From the NCBI GenBank assembly GCA_003141455.1, contig PLMA01000042.1:114953-178952 (forward strand): DNA of 64,000 bases. The letters are read 5' to 3'. Under the pieces are notes generated by a model. It was not told the origin of the DNA, did no database searches, and saw only the letters and a program-made list of their open reading frames with translations. Positions 17,659-26,978 of this stretch are shown one piece after another. Source of the stretch: Chloroflexota bacterium. GTDB lineage: Bacteria; Chloroflexota; Limnocylindria; Limnocylindrales; CSP1-4. A program made the translations under genes and the position numbers. Each line of letters starts with the position of its first letter. The stretch's first letter is position 1.

Positions 17659-18941
17659 AGAAAGTAGTGCTCGCCTACTCCGGTGGACTCGACACCTCGG
17701 TCGCCGTCGCCTGGTTGCGCGAACAGTACGACGTTGAGGTTGTCACGCTCACCGTCGACCTGGGCGGCGGCGTGCTCAAGGAAGATGTCGACCGACGGGC
17801 GATCAGTGCCGGAGCGACTCGCGCATACGTGGTCGACGGACGAGAGCACTTCGTGCGCGATTTCTGCTGGCCTCACGTCCAGGCCGGCGCCCTGTACCAG
17901 GGTGTCTACCCGCTGGCCACGGCCATGGCTCGGCCGCTGATCGCCCAGCTGCTGGTCGAGGTCGCTCACAAGGAAGGAGCCCAGGCCGTTGCCCACGGCT
18001 GCACCGGCAAGGGCAACGATCAGGTTCGCTTCGACGTCGCCACGCACGCGCTCGATCCATCTCTTGCCGTCATCGCCCCGATGCGCGTCGGCATGGGCCT
18101 GTCCCGCGAGCAGGAGATCGAGTACGCCAAGGCGCGCAACATCGAGATCACGATCTCGAAGGAGTCGATCTACTCCATCGACGTGAACCTGTGGGGCCGC
18201 TCGATCGAGGCCGGCAGCCTCGAGGATCCGTGGACTGCGCCACGCGAAGACGTCTACCGCTGGACCGTGGATCCCGACAAGGCGCCCGAGCCGGTCGAGA
18301 TCGTGATCGGCTTCGAGGGCGGCGTCCCCGTCTCGCTCGACGGGGAACGGCTCGGTCCCGTGACCCTGGTCGAGCACCTCCACGATCTCGCCGGCGCTCA
18401 CGGCGTCGGACGCGTCGACCACGTCGAAGACCGCCTGGTCGGCATCAAGAGCCGCGAGATCTACGAGGCTCCCGCCGCCACGGTCATTTATCGCGCCCAC
18501 CGCGCCCTGGAGGGCCTGACGCTCTCCAAGGACACGTTGCGCTTCAATCGGCTCGTGGCCGACGAGCTGGCCCAGCTCACCTACGACGGGCTCTGGTTCA
18601 GCGCCCTGCACCGCGACCTGCGCGCCTACGCGGCGAGCAGCCAGCGCGTGGTCAGCGGCGACGTCCGCATCCGACTCGACCACGGCACCGCAATGGTCAC
18701 CGGCCGGCGCAGCCCACTGTCTCTGTATGACAAGGCCCTGGCTACGTACGAGGCGGACGACAGCTACGACCACGCCGCGGCGGTCGGTTTCATCGAGATC
18801 TTTGGGCTGCCGCTGCGGACCGAAGCCGCCCGCCACGGAGCCGTCGGCAGGAGCCACGGCGCGGCCTGGACCTGGACCGATCCACTCCTCGAAAGCCTGC
18901 CGACGAAGGTCTTCGACGCCCCGCCGGCGGCGGTTGACTAG
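17655..18941 (+). CDS. argG: Argininosuccinate synthase
   Basis: The N-terminus is MKKVVLAYSGGLDTS (PP-loop). The ATG at 17655 follows a GGAGG RBS and overlaps the argR stop (ATGA). 428 aa. Confidence 0.9.
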   Translation: MKKVVLAYSGGLDTSVAVAWLREQYDVEVVTLTVDLGGGVLKEDVDRRAISAGATRAYVVDGREHFVRDFCWPHVQAGALYQGVYPLATAMARPLIAQLLVEVAHKEGAQAVAHGCTGKGNDQVRFDVATHALDPSLAVIAPMRVGMGLSREQEIEYAKARNIEITISKESIYSIDVNLWGRSIEAGSLEDPWTAPREDVYRWTVDPDKAPEPVEIVIGFEGGVPVSLDGERLGPVTLVEHLHDLAGAHGVGRVDHVEDRLVGIKSREIYEAPAATVIYRAHRALEGLTLSKDTLRFNRLVADELAQLTYDGLWFSALHRDLRAYAASSQRVVSGDVRIRLDHGTAMVTGRRSPLSLYDKALATYEADDSYDHAAAVGFIEIFGLPLRTEAARHGAVGRSHGAAWTWTDPLLESLPTKVFDAPPAAVD

Positions 18942-18969
18942 GAGGCCCGCCCTGGGCGCAGACGAACAG

Positions 18970-20385
18970 ATGGCCAGCTCGATCGAACCGGCAAAGGCCC
19001 GTGGGCCGGCCGGTCGGCCCACGCCCGCGGCAGCCCGGGGCGGCGCCGGGAGCTCGACGGATGCCGAGCGCAAGCTGCGCGAGCTGGAGTTCCTGCACGA
19101 GTTCGCCAAGCTGCTGACCACGGCCCGAAACTGGGACGAACTGATGCGGACCATCGTCGACCGGACGACAGACGCCCTGAACGTTGAGGTCTGCTCCGTA
19201 TACATCATGGAGCGCGACGAGGCCCGCCTGCGCCTGGCCGCCACCAACGGCCTGGACCGCGACCAGATCGGACTCGTCGCCATGGCCCTTGGTGAAGGCC
19301 TGACCGGTCGAGCGGCCCAACTGGGCCAGCCCGTGGCTTCGCCGGACGTTCGAGTGGACCCGCTCTTCAAGTGGGTACCGGGCTTCGACCAGTCGCAGTT
19401 CACGTCGATGCTCTCGGTGCCTATGCCCTGGAACGACACGATCGTCGGCGTGGTCAACGTCCAGGCCATCGAGACCCGCACGTTCTCGCCCGAGGAGGTC
19501 GAATTCCTCGTGACCATCGGGGCGCTGCTCGGCGGCGTCGTGGAGAAGGGTCGCCTGCAGGCCGAGGCCCAGGAGCAGGTGGAGACCCTCACCGCGCTCG
19601 ACGGCGCCCGCGCCGAGTTGCTCGCGGTCGTGACTCACGAGTTGCGCACGCCGCTGGCCGTGGTGCGGGCATATCTGGATCTGATGGCGGATGCTGCCGT
19701 CGACGCGACCGGAGGCGGCCCCCGCGACGACCAGGGCGCGATCGCCGGCCCGCGCCCCAGCCCGGCGCTCGTCGAGGAATGGCGGGCCCAGGCTACCGCC
19801 CAGGTGACGCGGCTGGATCGGCTCGTCGACTCCATCCTGGCCTCGGTTCGGGGCGAGGGCCTGGCCGCCGGGCTGGCTCGCGATGCCTTCGACGTCGCCA
19901 CGGCCGTGAACGATACGATCGGCGAGATGACGCCGCTGCTGCGCGGACACCCTCTCCGGCGGAGCGGAACGTCGGAGGCCCTGATGGGGATCGGCGACGA
20001 GGGCCGCTTCCGCCAGGTCCTGGAGCACCTCCTGGAGAACGAGGTCAAGTACTCGCCCGAGGGCGGTTCCGTGAGCGTGGGGGCCTTGCGCAAGGACTCT
20101 GAGGTTCTGGTGTATGTCACCGATGACGGCCCCGGCATCCCGGAGCCGGAATGGGAGTCCGTCTTCGATGCCTACGTTCGCACGGCCAACCGACCTCGCG
20201 GCTCCGGGATCGGCCTGTACGCCGCCAGGCGGCTCATGGGAGCCATGGGCGGTCGCGTGTGGCTCGAGTCGAACGGGTTCGGCGGAACCCGGTTCATGGT
20301 GGCCGTGCCCGAGATGCGCCAAACTGACGAAGGCACAGCCGGTCCGGAGGCAGGTGTAATGTCCGAGGCAGGGCCGGAGGCGTAG
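18970..20385 (+). CDS. GAF-domain sensor histidine kinase
   Basis: An N-terminal GAF-like domain is followed by an H-box (VTHELRTPLAVV) and an HATPase_c domain (N, G1 and G2 boxes: LENEVKYSPEGG, DDGPGIP, GSGIGLYAA). The ORF upstream of 18970 is low-complexity and is probably not translated. Confidence 0.75.
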   Translation: MASSIEPAKARGPAGRPTPAAARGGAGSSTDAERKLRELEFLHEFAKLLTTARNWDELMRTIVDRTTDALNVEVCSVYIMERDEARLRLAATNGLDRDQIGLVAMALGEGLTGRAAQLGQPVASPDVRVDPLFKWVPGFDQSQFTSMLSVPMPWNDTIVGVVNVQAIETRTFSPEEVEFLVTIGALLGGVVEKGRLQAEAQEQVETLTALDGARAELLAVVTHELRTPLAVVRAYLDLMADAAVDATGGGPRDDQGAIAGPRPSPALVEEWRAQATAQVTRLDRLVDSILASVRGEGLAAGLARDAFDVATAVNDTIGEMTPLLRGHPLRRSGTSEALMGIGDEGRFRQVLEHLLENEVKYSPEGGSVSVGALRKDSEVLVYVTDDGPGIPEPEWESVFDAYVRTANRPRGSGIGLYAARRLMGAMGGRVWLESNGFGGTRFMVAVPEMRQTDEGTAGPEAGVMSEAGPEA

Positions 20386-20406
20386 CGCCACAATGGAGAC
20401 ATCGAG

Positions 20407-21120
20407 GTGAACGGAATGGGTCCGAATGGGGAGACCAGCCTGCTGGTACTCGTCGTCGACGATGAGCCCGCCATGGTCGGCGCCGTCTCGGCTCTCGTCG
20501 GACGCGCCGGCCACCGCGTTGTCACCGCATATGACGGCAACACGGCCCTGCGCCGTTTCTCGGAGGAGCGGCCGGACCTCGTTCTCCTCGACCTGGCCAT
20601 GCCGGGCCTGGACGGAGTCGAGGTCTGCCGGGCGATCCGGCGCATGTCGCAGACGCCGATCATCGTCCTGACGGGCGAGTCGGACGAGCGAGCCAAGGTC
20701 GAGGCGCTCGACATGGGGGCGGACGACTACGTGGTCAAGCCCTTCGGCAAGCAGGAGCTCCTGGCCCGTATCCGAGCCGTCATGCGGCGTCGAGGCAACG
20801 ACGCGGAGCCGCGAGGCGCCGGGGAGCTGCGCTGGGGATCGATCGTCCTGGACCGGGGTCGCCACACCGCCTCCGTCGCGGACGCCCAGCTCGTCCTCAC
20901 ACGCACCGAGTACAGCCTGCTCGCGTCACTGGTTGCCGCCGCTGGCCATGTGGTTTCGCACAGCGCGTTGCTGAACGCCGGCTGGCCCGGCGAGCCCAAC
21001 CCGGATCCGCAGTGGCTCAAACCCCACCTGGCCCGCCTGCGCTTCAAGCTCGGCGAAGCTGGCGCGCCCGTGCCGGCCTCGGTCCGCGGCGTGGGCTACC
21101 GCCTGGAAGAAGCCGGCTAG
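20407..21120 (+). CDS. OmpR/PhoB-family DNA-binding response regulator
   Basis: A receiver domain (LVVDDEPAM...DLVLLDLAMPGLDG...DDYVVKPF) plus a C-terminal winged-helix domain (VGYRLE). It is 22 nt downstream of the kinase. Confidence 0.85.
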   Translation: MNGMGPNGETSLLVLVVDDEPAMVGAVSALVGRAGHRVVTAYDGNTALRRFSEERPDLVLLDLAMPGLDGVEVCRAIRRMSQTPIIVLTGESDERAKVEALDMGADDYVVKPFGKQELLARIRAVMRRRGNDAEPRGAGELRWGSIVLDRGRHTASVADAQLVLTRTEYSLLASLVAAAGHVVSHSALLNAGWPGEPNPDPQWLKPHLARLRFKLGEAGAPVPASVRGVGYRLEEAG

Positions 21121-21238
21121 CAGAGGGGCGGAAGGGATCGGCTGGCCCGACGCCTCCGCGCTGTTGGTCCCGCGCACCCAGGGACCGATTCTCGCGAGGT
21201 AGTGAACGAAACGAGGGCCATCCGTCGTCATATCATGC

Positions 21239-21790
21239 ATGGGTAGGGCGGGAGCCGAGGGAGTCATGAGGGTGGAACCGATACAGCTATCGGTCGTGGG
21301 GGACGACCCTTTCGACATCTTTGCCGCGCTGACGCCTCATCATCTCGACAGGGCCTACAGGCTTGCCTGGGCGATACTCGGCAACGATGAGGAGGCCCAG
21401 GACGCCACCCAGGACGCGCTGACCGTCGCGTGGCGACAACGCCGCAGCCTTCGCGACCCGGGCAAGCTGGAGGCCTGGCTGGGGCGGATTCTGGTGAACA
21501 CATGTAGGGACCACCTTAGAAGGCGGGCGCGAAGCCGCAGCCAACCGCTGGAGTTGGGCCCCCTGCCCTCCGTCTCCGACGGCAGCCGGGCTGCCGAAAG
21601 CCGCGACCAGCTTGGCCGAGCCCTCGGAGCCCTCAACCCCGATCAAAGGATCGTGGTCGTCCTGAGGTTCTGGGCCGATCTGACTGTCGACGACATTGCG
21701 GACCGGCTGGGCGTACCGGCCGGCACCGTGAAATCGCGCCTTCATCATTCCTTACGCGCGCTCCGCTCGACTTTGGAGGAACCTCGATGA
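21239..21790 (+). CDS. ECF-family RNA polymerase sigma factor (sigma-70 regions 2 and 4)
   Basis: Region 2 is AYRLAWAILGNDEEAQDATQDALTVAW. Region 4 is VVLRFWADLTVDDIADRLGVPAGTVKSRLHHSLRALR. Its stop overlaps the start of the downstream membrane protein (ATGA). Confidence 0.85.
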   Translation: MGRAGAEGVMRVEPIQLSVVGDDPFDIFAALTPHHLDRAYRLAWAILGNDEEAQDATQDALTVAWRQRRSLRDPGKLEAWLGRILVNTCRDHLRRRARSRSQPLELGPLPSVSDGSRAAESRDQLGRALGALNPDQRIVVVLRFWADLTVDDIADRLGVPAGTVKSRLHHSLRALRSTLEEPR

Positions 21791-24528
21791 CTGACGACGA
21801 GCTGGGCCAGCGTCTTCAGGAGGAGCTTCACTCGCGGATCGACCCGCCCGTGGCTGCTCCCGACGCCATACACGAACACGTCGTGAATCTTCGTTCTATG
21901 CAAGAGGTCCGACGGGGCGAGCCCGGCTACCGGGCGCACTCGCTCAGAAACCTCTTCGCGGTCGCGGCGGGTTTCGCGATCGTCGCTCTACTGACAACCG
22001 GACTGCTCTCCTGGCAGTCGCTCAAGCCACGAACGGGCACGGTGAGCGCAGTCGGCGGGATCGAGATGTTCGGGCGGTTGGACTCGAAGGTCGCCTGGGC
22101 TGAGTCCGGCTCAGACCTGTATGTCACTCGCGACGGCGGGGTTTCCTGGTCACGAGGGACTGTACCGGGCGGGCGTTCGCTCGGCCAACTCGCAGCCTCC
22201 AATTACGCGACAGATGCGCCGGCGCTCAGCACGCCTACACCCGTGGGTCCCGATGCAGGGCCAGCGTCCAGCGTTGAGCCCGTCGGAGCAAGCTCGATTT
22301 TTGGCTTCTTCCCAGACCATCTGTATCCGACCTTTGTCGACGCCGACCACGGCTGGCTCCTCTCGTGGACGGTGTCCAACGCAACGAGCCTCCAGACGGC
22401 GGCGTGGACTCTCACTGTGCATAGGACGAAGGATGGCGGCCAGACGTGGGAGTCGACCCAGCTGCCCGGTACCTACAAGGGCTACGGAATGACCCAATTC
22501 GTCGACTCCCAGCATGGATGGGTAGTGGTCTACCGGATGGACTACGCCATGTCGGCCGGCGGGGGGAGCGGCCCTGAGCCCTCGCCGATGCCCTCTCCGA
22601 CGATGCCGTCCGATACCACGACGGTCCTGGCAACGAGTGACGGCGGAGTCACCTGGTCGCCGGCCTCGACCCTCGGGGCGCTGGCCCTCGTGCAGTTCAC
22701 GAGCGTATCCGAGGCCTGGGGCACCGAGAGCGGCTACAGCAGTGGAGCGGCCGCCGTGGTCCACTCAACCGATGGCGGCCACACTTGGTCCCGATCGGTT
22801 CTCCCCTTGCCGCAATGCAGCACACTCCCGAACGCGGCCTCCATACCGGCGCGAGCAAACGGGTTGCTCGAGCTACGGCTGGGGTGCGACCAGACCGGCA
22901 ACGTTACTGGGGGCTCCCCATATGCGCTGCTGACCTTCGTGAGCGTCGATGACGGCCAAACCTGGACCCTCGAGTCGACGAGCCAGGTTGACGGCGCCCT
23001 CTTCAACGTCAGCATGGCCTCGGTCTTGAACCTCCCCGCAGGGCAGCCCATCGTCGCCTACAGCCCCTACGGGACATACACGGGCACAGGCCCAATGCCG
23101 CTGAAGGCGACCTTCGACGGCGGGAAGACCTGGGCCACATACGCCACGGCCGGCCTACCATCCACCGTCACAGTGGCCGAGTGGGCCTCTCCCGACGACG
23201 TCTGGGTCATGGTCGGACCTGCTGGCTCCCTGGCGGGAACGCTGGCGGGCCGGTTGTACTCGACCGCAGACGCCGGCAAGACATGGACGTCCTTGCTGGG
23301 TGCGCCGGCCTGGCCTGCCTCACCGGCGCCGGCGATCACCCCGGAAATCATCTACGTGACCAACCCTCCGGTCCCGATTAGCTCCGAGGCGCCAACCCGG
23401 ACCGGACCATCGATCGCCTCCTACGGTCGGGTCGACGCCAAAGCCGGCTGGGTCGTAGTGGCCGAGTCGACGGGCAGCTACGACGTGAGACTTACGCAGG
23501 ACGGCGGGGTGACCTGGTCCGAGCCGCGAGCCATGCCGAGTGGCGGAGACGTCCAGTTCGTCGACGCGGACCACGGCTGGATCCTGACATCGGATACGGA
23601 GGGCCAAGGTGCCGCCGGCGGCTACTCGGCTGTGGTGTTGTGGACAGCAGACGGCGGACGCACCTGGGACAAGCCCGCGGGGATCGACCTGGGCGCTCTG
23701 CAGGGCAATCCGCAGAAGACCTTTGCTTCTACCTCGATCCACTTCCGAGATACTCTCCACGGCGAGTTGTATGCCGCCTTCGGGTCTAGCTCCGACGGCC
23801 CGACCTCAGCACCAACCGCATCGCCGGCCACGGCAGCGGTGTGTGAGCAGTTCTCAACCGCCGACGCGGGGGCAACATGGTCGAAGCCGAGAAGCGCGCC
23901 CTGCATGACGCAAGTGAGCTTCGAGGACGCCTCGCTCGGGTATGGCAGCGATTTGCTGCTGACTCCAGTCATACACGTCTCCGTAGACGGCGGCCAGAGT
24001 TGGATCGACGCCAATCTGCCGCTTCCCTCGGGGGTGAGCGCAGGGAGCTCCAACGGGGCAATCGTCAAGCTCCTGGAACATCGTGCGGACGGTACCTTGC
24101 GAGCGATGGTCGAGTGGAGCAACGGTCCGGCCGTCACGACGATCGTCGTCAGCGCCGATGGCGGGAGGACCTGGACGTCGGCCGGAACCGCTCAAGGCTT
24201 CTCCGCCTACGGTTATGCCGTCGCATCGCTCGGCGAGGGCAACTGGCTCGCCCTGGGGCAGACGCTCACGCCCGGCGCCACGCCGTTCGCTCTCGACGCT
24301 CGCGTCACCGACGATGGCGGCCTTACCTGGAAAGCGATCACAGCCCAGGGGCTGCCGGCTTACCCGACTACACCATTCTTCGTGAGCGCGACGGACGGGT
24401 GGGTGGCAGCCGTCGACCCCGTCTGCGACGCCTCCTCCACCGGCAGGCAAAGCTGCCCCCTGGCAACTTGGTCTATATACGGCACCAAGGATGGCGGCGT
24501 GACCTGGAAGGCAATCCTCACTCCGTAA
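21787..24528 (+). CDS. Membrane-anchored BNR/Ycf48-like repeat (beta-propeller) protein; putative anti-sigma factor cognate to the upstream ECF sigma
   Basis: 913 aa. A ~55-aa cytoplasmic N-terminus is followed by one TM helix (LFAVAAGFAIVALLTTGLL) and then about 14 repeats of the S-x-D-G-G-x-T-W motif (TRDGGVSW, TKDGGQTW, TSDGGVTW, STDGGHTW ... TKDGGVTW). It is translationally coupled to the sigma gene. Confidence 0.8.
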   Translation: MTDDELGQRLQEELHSRIDPPVAAPDAIHEHVVNLRSMQEVRRGEPGYRAHSLRNLFAVAAGFAIVALLTTGLLSWQSLKPRTGTVSAVGGIEMFGRLDSKVAWAESGSDLYVTRDGGVSWSRGTVPGGRSLGQLAASNYATDAPALSTPTPVGPDAGPASSVEPVGASSIFGFFPDHLYPTFVDADHGWLLSWTVSNATSLQTAAWTLTVHRTKDGGQTWESTQLPGTYKGYGMTQFVDSQHGWVVVYRMDYAMSAGGGSGPEPSPMPSPTMPSDTTTVLATSDGGVTWSPASTLGALALVQFTSVSEAWGTESGYSSGAAAVVHSTDGGHTWSRSVLPLPQCSTLPNAASIPARANGLLELRLGCDQTGNVTGGSPYALLTFVSVDDGQTWTLESTSQVDGALFNVSMASVLNLPAGQPIVAYSPYGTYTGTGPMPLKATFDGGKTWATYATAGLPSTVTVAEWASPDDVWVMVGPAGSLAGTLAGRLYSTADAGKTWTSLLGAPAWPASPAPAITPEIIYVTNPPVPISSEAPTRTGPSIASYGRVDAKAGWVVVAESTGSYDVRLTQDGGVTWSEPRAMPSGGDVQFVDADHGWILTSDTEGQGAAGGYSAVVLWTADGGRTWDKPAGIDLGALQGNPQKTFASTSIHFRDTLHGELYAAFGSSSDGPTSAPTASPATAAVCEQFSTADAGATWSKPRSAPCMTQVSFEDASLGYGSDLLLTPVIHVSVDGGQSWIDANLPLPSGVSAGSSNGAIVKLLEHRADGTLRAMVEWSNGPAVTTIVVSADGGRTWTSAGTAQGFSAYGYAVASLGEGNWLALGQTLTPGATPFALDARVTDDGGLTWKAITAQGLPAYPTTPFFVSATDGWVAAVDPVCDASSTGRQSCPLATWSIYGTKDGGVTWKAILTP

Positions 24529-24777
24529 TGGGGTTCCGGCGGGTCCACGTATCCAAAGAGCGCCGCCGTCAGCCACAAATCGCCCGGCGGCGCCGCACGA
24601 GAACGACCGGCCGCCCGAGCCGCACCAGGCCTCACCCAAGAATCAACGAACCCGCGCTACCTGCCGAAAGGTGCGCGGGTCGATGTTCTGTGAGCCGTCT
24701 TGTCTGGCGGCGCCGGGGTCCTCAGCCGGCCAAGGAGGCGAGAAACGACCGCGACTGCTCGAGGTCGAGAGGTTCTA

Positions 24778-24858
24778 CTCCTCCGCCTTGGCGCGAGACG
24801 GTGCTACGAACCAACCTACGACCAGGACTCCGAAACTTAGGAAGGCGGCTGCGATCAC
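24778..24858 (-). CDS. Candidate 27-aa hydrophobic micropeptide (V/M-IAAAFLSFGVLVVGWFVAPSRAKAEE)
   Basis: A GTG start is preceded by a perfect AAGGAG 6 nt upstream. A single TM-like segment is predicted. It lies 70 nt downstream of the second 5x11-bp repeat array, on the amt strand. Confidence 0.3.
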
Positions 24859-24927
24859 TCTTGGCTCCTTCGGCTGAACCGCGGGACCCTCGTCCCATTC
24901 ACTGATCGGGAGTTTATGGCCCGTGCC

Positions 24928-25002
24928 GGGCGAAATCAGTAGCGCCCGAGTAGACCAGTGGTGACGCTCCGGTGACGCGCGGGTTGCGGTTCGGGACGGC
25001 CG
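24928..25002 (-). promoter_or_regulatory. Array of five phased 11-bp direct-repeat units (GTnnC + 6-nt spacer, read on the + strand). A paralog of the element upstream of amt. Candidate OmpR/PhoB-family (GlnR-like) operator.
   Basis: The + strand reads gaaatcaGTAGCgcccgaGTAGAccagtgGTGACgctccgGTGACgcgcggGTTGCggttcgggacggc. This is 75% identical over 69 ungapped nt to 26487-26555. Confidence 0.5.
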
Positions 25003-25168
25003 ATCAGTCGACGAGAGTTTCCGACGAGGGTCCCCAACGCAGCCCCGTTCAAGAGGGTGCGGCGACGACAACCCAGCGGGTCCGTGCTGGGACTATGGCG
25101 ACCCGGGTGCGAAGGGGAGGCACCGAGGTCGCCATCGCGGCGGGAGGCGGCAGTCTGGCTGGTCCAGG

Positions 25169-26410
25169 CTAGGCCTGGTAGACGACCACCTCGCCGTGCT
25201 GGGAGGAGTCGAGGCCGGCTTCCTCTTCGGACTCCTCCACGCGGAGGCCCACGAAGAAGTCCACGACCTTGAGAATCGCGAAGGTGGCGACGCCGCTGTA
25301 GATCCACGTGGCGGCCACCGCGATGAGCTGCTTGCCGAGTTGGCTGGCATTGCCGTCGATGAGGCCCGAGGCGCCGTTGACCGCGGCGACCGCGAAGACG
25401 CCGGTCAGAATCGCGCCGAGTGTTCCACCGACGCCGTGGACCGCCCAGACGTCGAGGGCGTCGTCGACCTTGAGCCTCTCGCGCAGCAGGATCGCGCCGT
25501 AGCAGACCGACCCGGCCGCGAAGCCGATGATGATGGCCGCGCTCGCGTCCACGTATCCGGAGGCCGGCGTAATCGCCACCAGCCCGGCCACGCCTCCTGC
25601 CACCGCCCCGACGACGCTCGGCGTGCCCTTGTGCAGCCAGCTGACCGTGACCCAGGTGAGGGCGGCCATGCCGGCGGCCGTGTTCGTGACGACGAACGCA
25701 TTGGCCGCCAGGCCGTTCGCCGCGAGGGCAGAGCCGCCATTGAAGCCGAACCAGCCGAACCAGAGCAACCCGGCGCCGATGACCGTCAGGCGGACGTCGT
25801 GCGGCTCGAAGCGCTCGGATTCTCGCTTGACCCGCGGGCCCAGCACGAGCGCCGCGATCAGCGCCGCGACACCGGAGCTGATGTGGACGACGGTGCCACC
25901 TGCGAAGTCGATGGCGCCCAGCTTGTTGAGCCAGCCGCCCTGACCCCAAACCCAGTGGGCGATCGGCGAGTAGACGAGGAGGGTCCACAGGAGCGAGAAG
26001 AGGACGAAAGCCTTGAAGCGCTTCCGCTCGGCGAAGGCGCCAGTAATCAGAGCCGGCGTGATGACCGCGAACATCATCTGGAAGGCCATGTAGGCGCTGG
26101 CCGGGATGGTCGGCGCATATGAGATCGGGTCCTTGCCGATGCCGTGCAGGCCGATGAAGTCGAGGCCGCCGATGATGCCCCATCCGTTCACGTCCGTCCC
26201 GAAAGCAAGCGTGAAGCCGATCAGGACCCAGGTGACGCTGACCAGGGCCAGGATGAAGACGCTGTGCATGATCGTGCTGAGCACGTTCTTGCGGCGGACC
26301 AGGCCGCCGTAGAAGAGGGCGAGACCGGGCGTCATCAACATGACGAGCGCCGTCGAGGTCAGTACCCAGGCGGTGTCGCCACTGTCGATCGGATGTCCCG
26401 TCAAGATCAC
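25169..26410 (-). CDS. amt: Ammonium transporter (Amt/MEP family)
   Basis: 413 aa with 11 TM segments and the Amt signature motifs DFAGGTVVHISSG...GAVAGLVAITPASGYV...HGVGGTLGAILTGVFA. GTG start with an AAAGGGGA RBS. There is no glnK downstream. Confidence 0.9.
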   Translation of the reverse strand: MILTGHPIDSGDTAWVLTSTALVMLMTPGLALFYGGLVRRKNVLSTIMHSVFILALVSVTWVLIGFTLAFGTDVNGWGIIGGLDFIGLHGIGKDPISYAPTIPASAYMAFQMMFAVITPALITGAFAERKRFKAFVLFSLLWTLLVYSPIAHWVWGQGGWLNKLGAIDFAGGTVVHISSGVAALIAALVLGPRVKRESERFEPHDVRLTVIGAGLLWFGWFGFNGGSALAANGLAANAFVVTNTAAGMAALTWVTVSWLHKGTPSVVGAVAGGVAGLVAITPASGYVDASAAIIIGFAAGSVCYGAILLRERLKVDDALDVWAVHGVGGTLGAILTGVFAVAAVNGASGLIDGNASQLGKQLIAVAATWIYSGVATFAILKVVDFFVGLRVEESEEEAGLDSSQHGEVVVYQA

Positions 26411-26482
26411 TCGCGTCCCCTTTCGAATCCGTGGAATCCCGGCGCAGGTGGCGCCCGACGACCGAAGGGTAAGGATGCGGTT

Positions 26483-26556
26483 CGGGGAAATCAGTAGCCG
26501 TCGGGTGACCCCTGGGTCGCGCTCAGGTGGCGCCCGGGTTGCCGTTCAGGACGGCT
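26483..26556 (-). promoter_or_regulatory. Array of five phased 11-bp direct-repeat units located 77-145 nt upstream of the amt start codon. Candidate OmpR/PhoB-family (GlnR-like nitrogen regulator) operator.
   Basis: The + strand reads gaaatcaGTAGCcgtcggGTGACccctggGTCGCgctcagGTGGCgcccggGTTGCcgttcaggacggc. The five GTnnC pentamers are spaced exactly 11 bp apart. Confidence 0.5.
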
Positions 26557-26601
26557 GGCCGCGGTGCGGCCCGGAACGTAGCGGGGCGCAACGAACGCGG
26601 C

Positions 26602-26883
26602 CTAGCTTGCGGCGGCCTCCAGCGGAGTGGTCCGATGCGGCAGGTCGAGGCACGCAATCCGGCAGCCGCGCGCGTCGTGCCCGGGAGCTCCCAGGAAATG
26701 GCGCCAGGCTGCGTCGGGGCCGAGCATGCCGCCATCGGCAAGCGATTCGCGTGACGTGAGGCGGCAGCCGCAGGCGGCGCAGGTCAGGACGAACGAGTCC
26801 TCCCGGCGCATGGCACGCGGGTAAGGCAACTCCCCCACCGGCTCGAACTCATGCAGCTTCATCGGTCCCAGTCCAGGGCGCAC
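26602..26883 (-). CDS. Hypothetical small Cys-containing protein (93 aa), downstream of the Kelch-repeat gene
   Basis: Open reading frame with a GTG/ATG start. Contains CxxCxC and CxxxC clusters. I recognise no family. Coding status is uncertain. Confidence 0.25.
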   Translation of the reverse strand: MRPGLGPMKLHEFEPVGELPYPRAMRREDSFVLTCAACGCRLTSRESLADGGMLGPDAAWRHFLGAPGHDARGCRIACLDLPHRTTPLEAAAS

Positions 26884-26978
26884 ACGCGGGCCATGTTGAG
26901 GCTACGGCGCGACGCGCCCCAAGACTATGCCGTGCCGGTGCCGCTTGGGTGGCAGATGGGGACGCGGCCGGGCGGCGA

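Noticed and set aside
24928-26556. Glutamine riboswitch (glnA RNA / Downstream-peptide motif) interpretation of the paired elements around amt and the micropeptide
   Set aside because: The genomic context is reminiscent of a riboswitch. However, the elements resolve into five pentamers at exact 11-bp spacing. This is a protein-binding direct-repeat architecture. I could not identify the conserved E-loop/pseudoknot sequence of the riboswitch. The idea is kept only as an alternative hypothesis.
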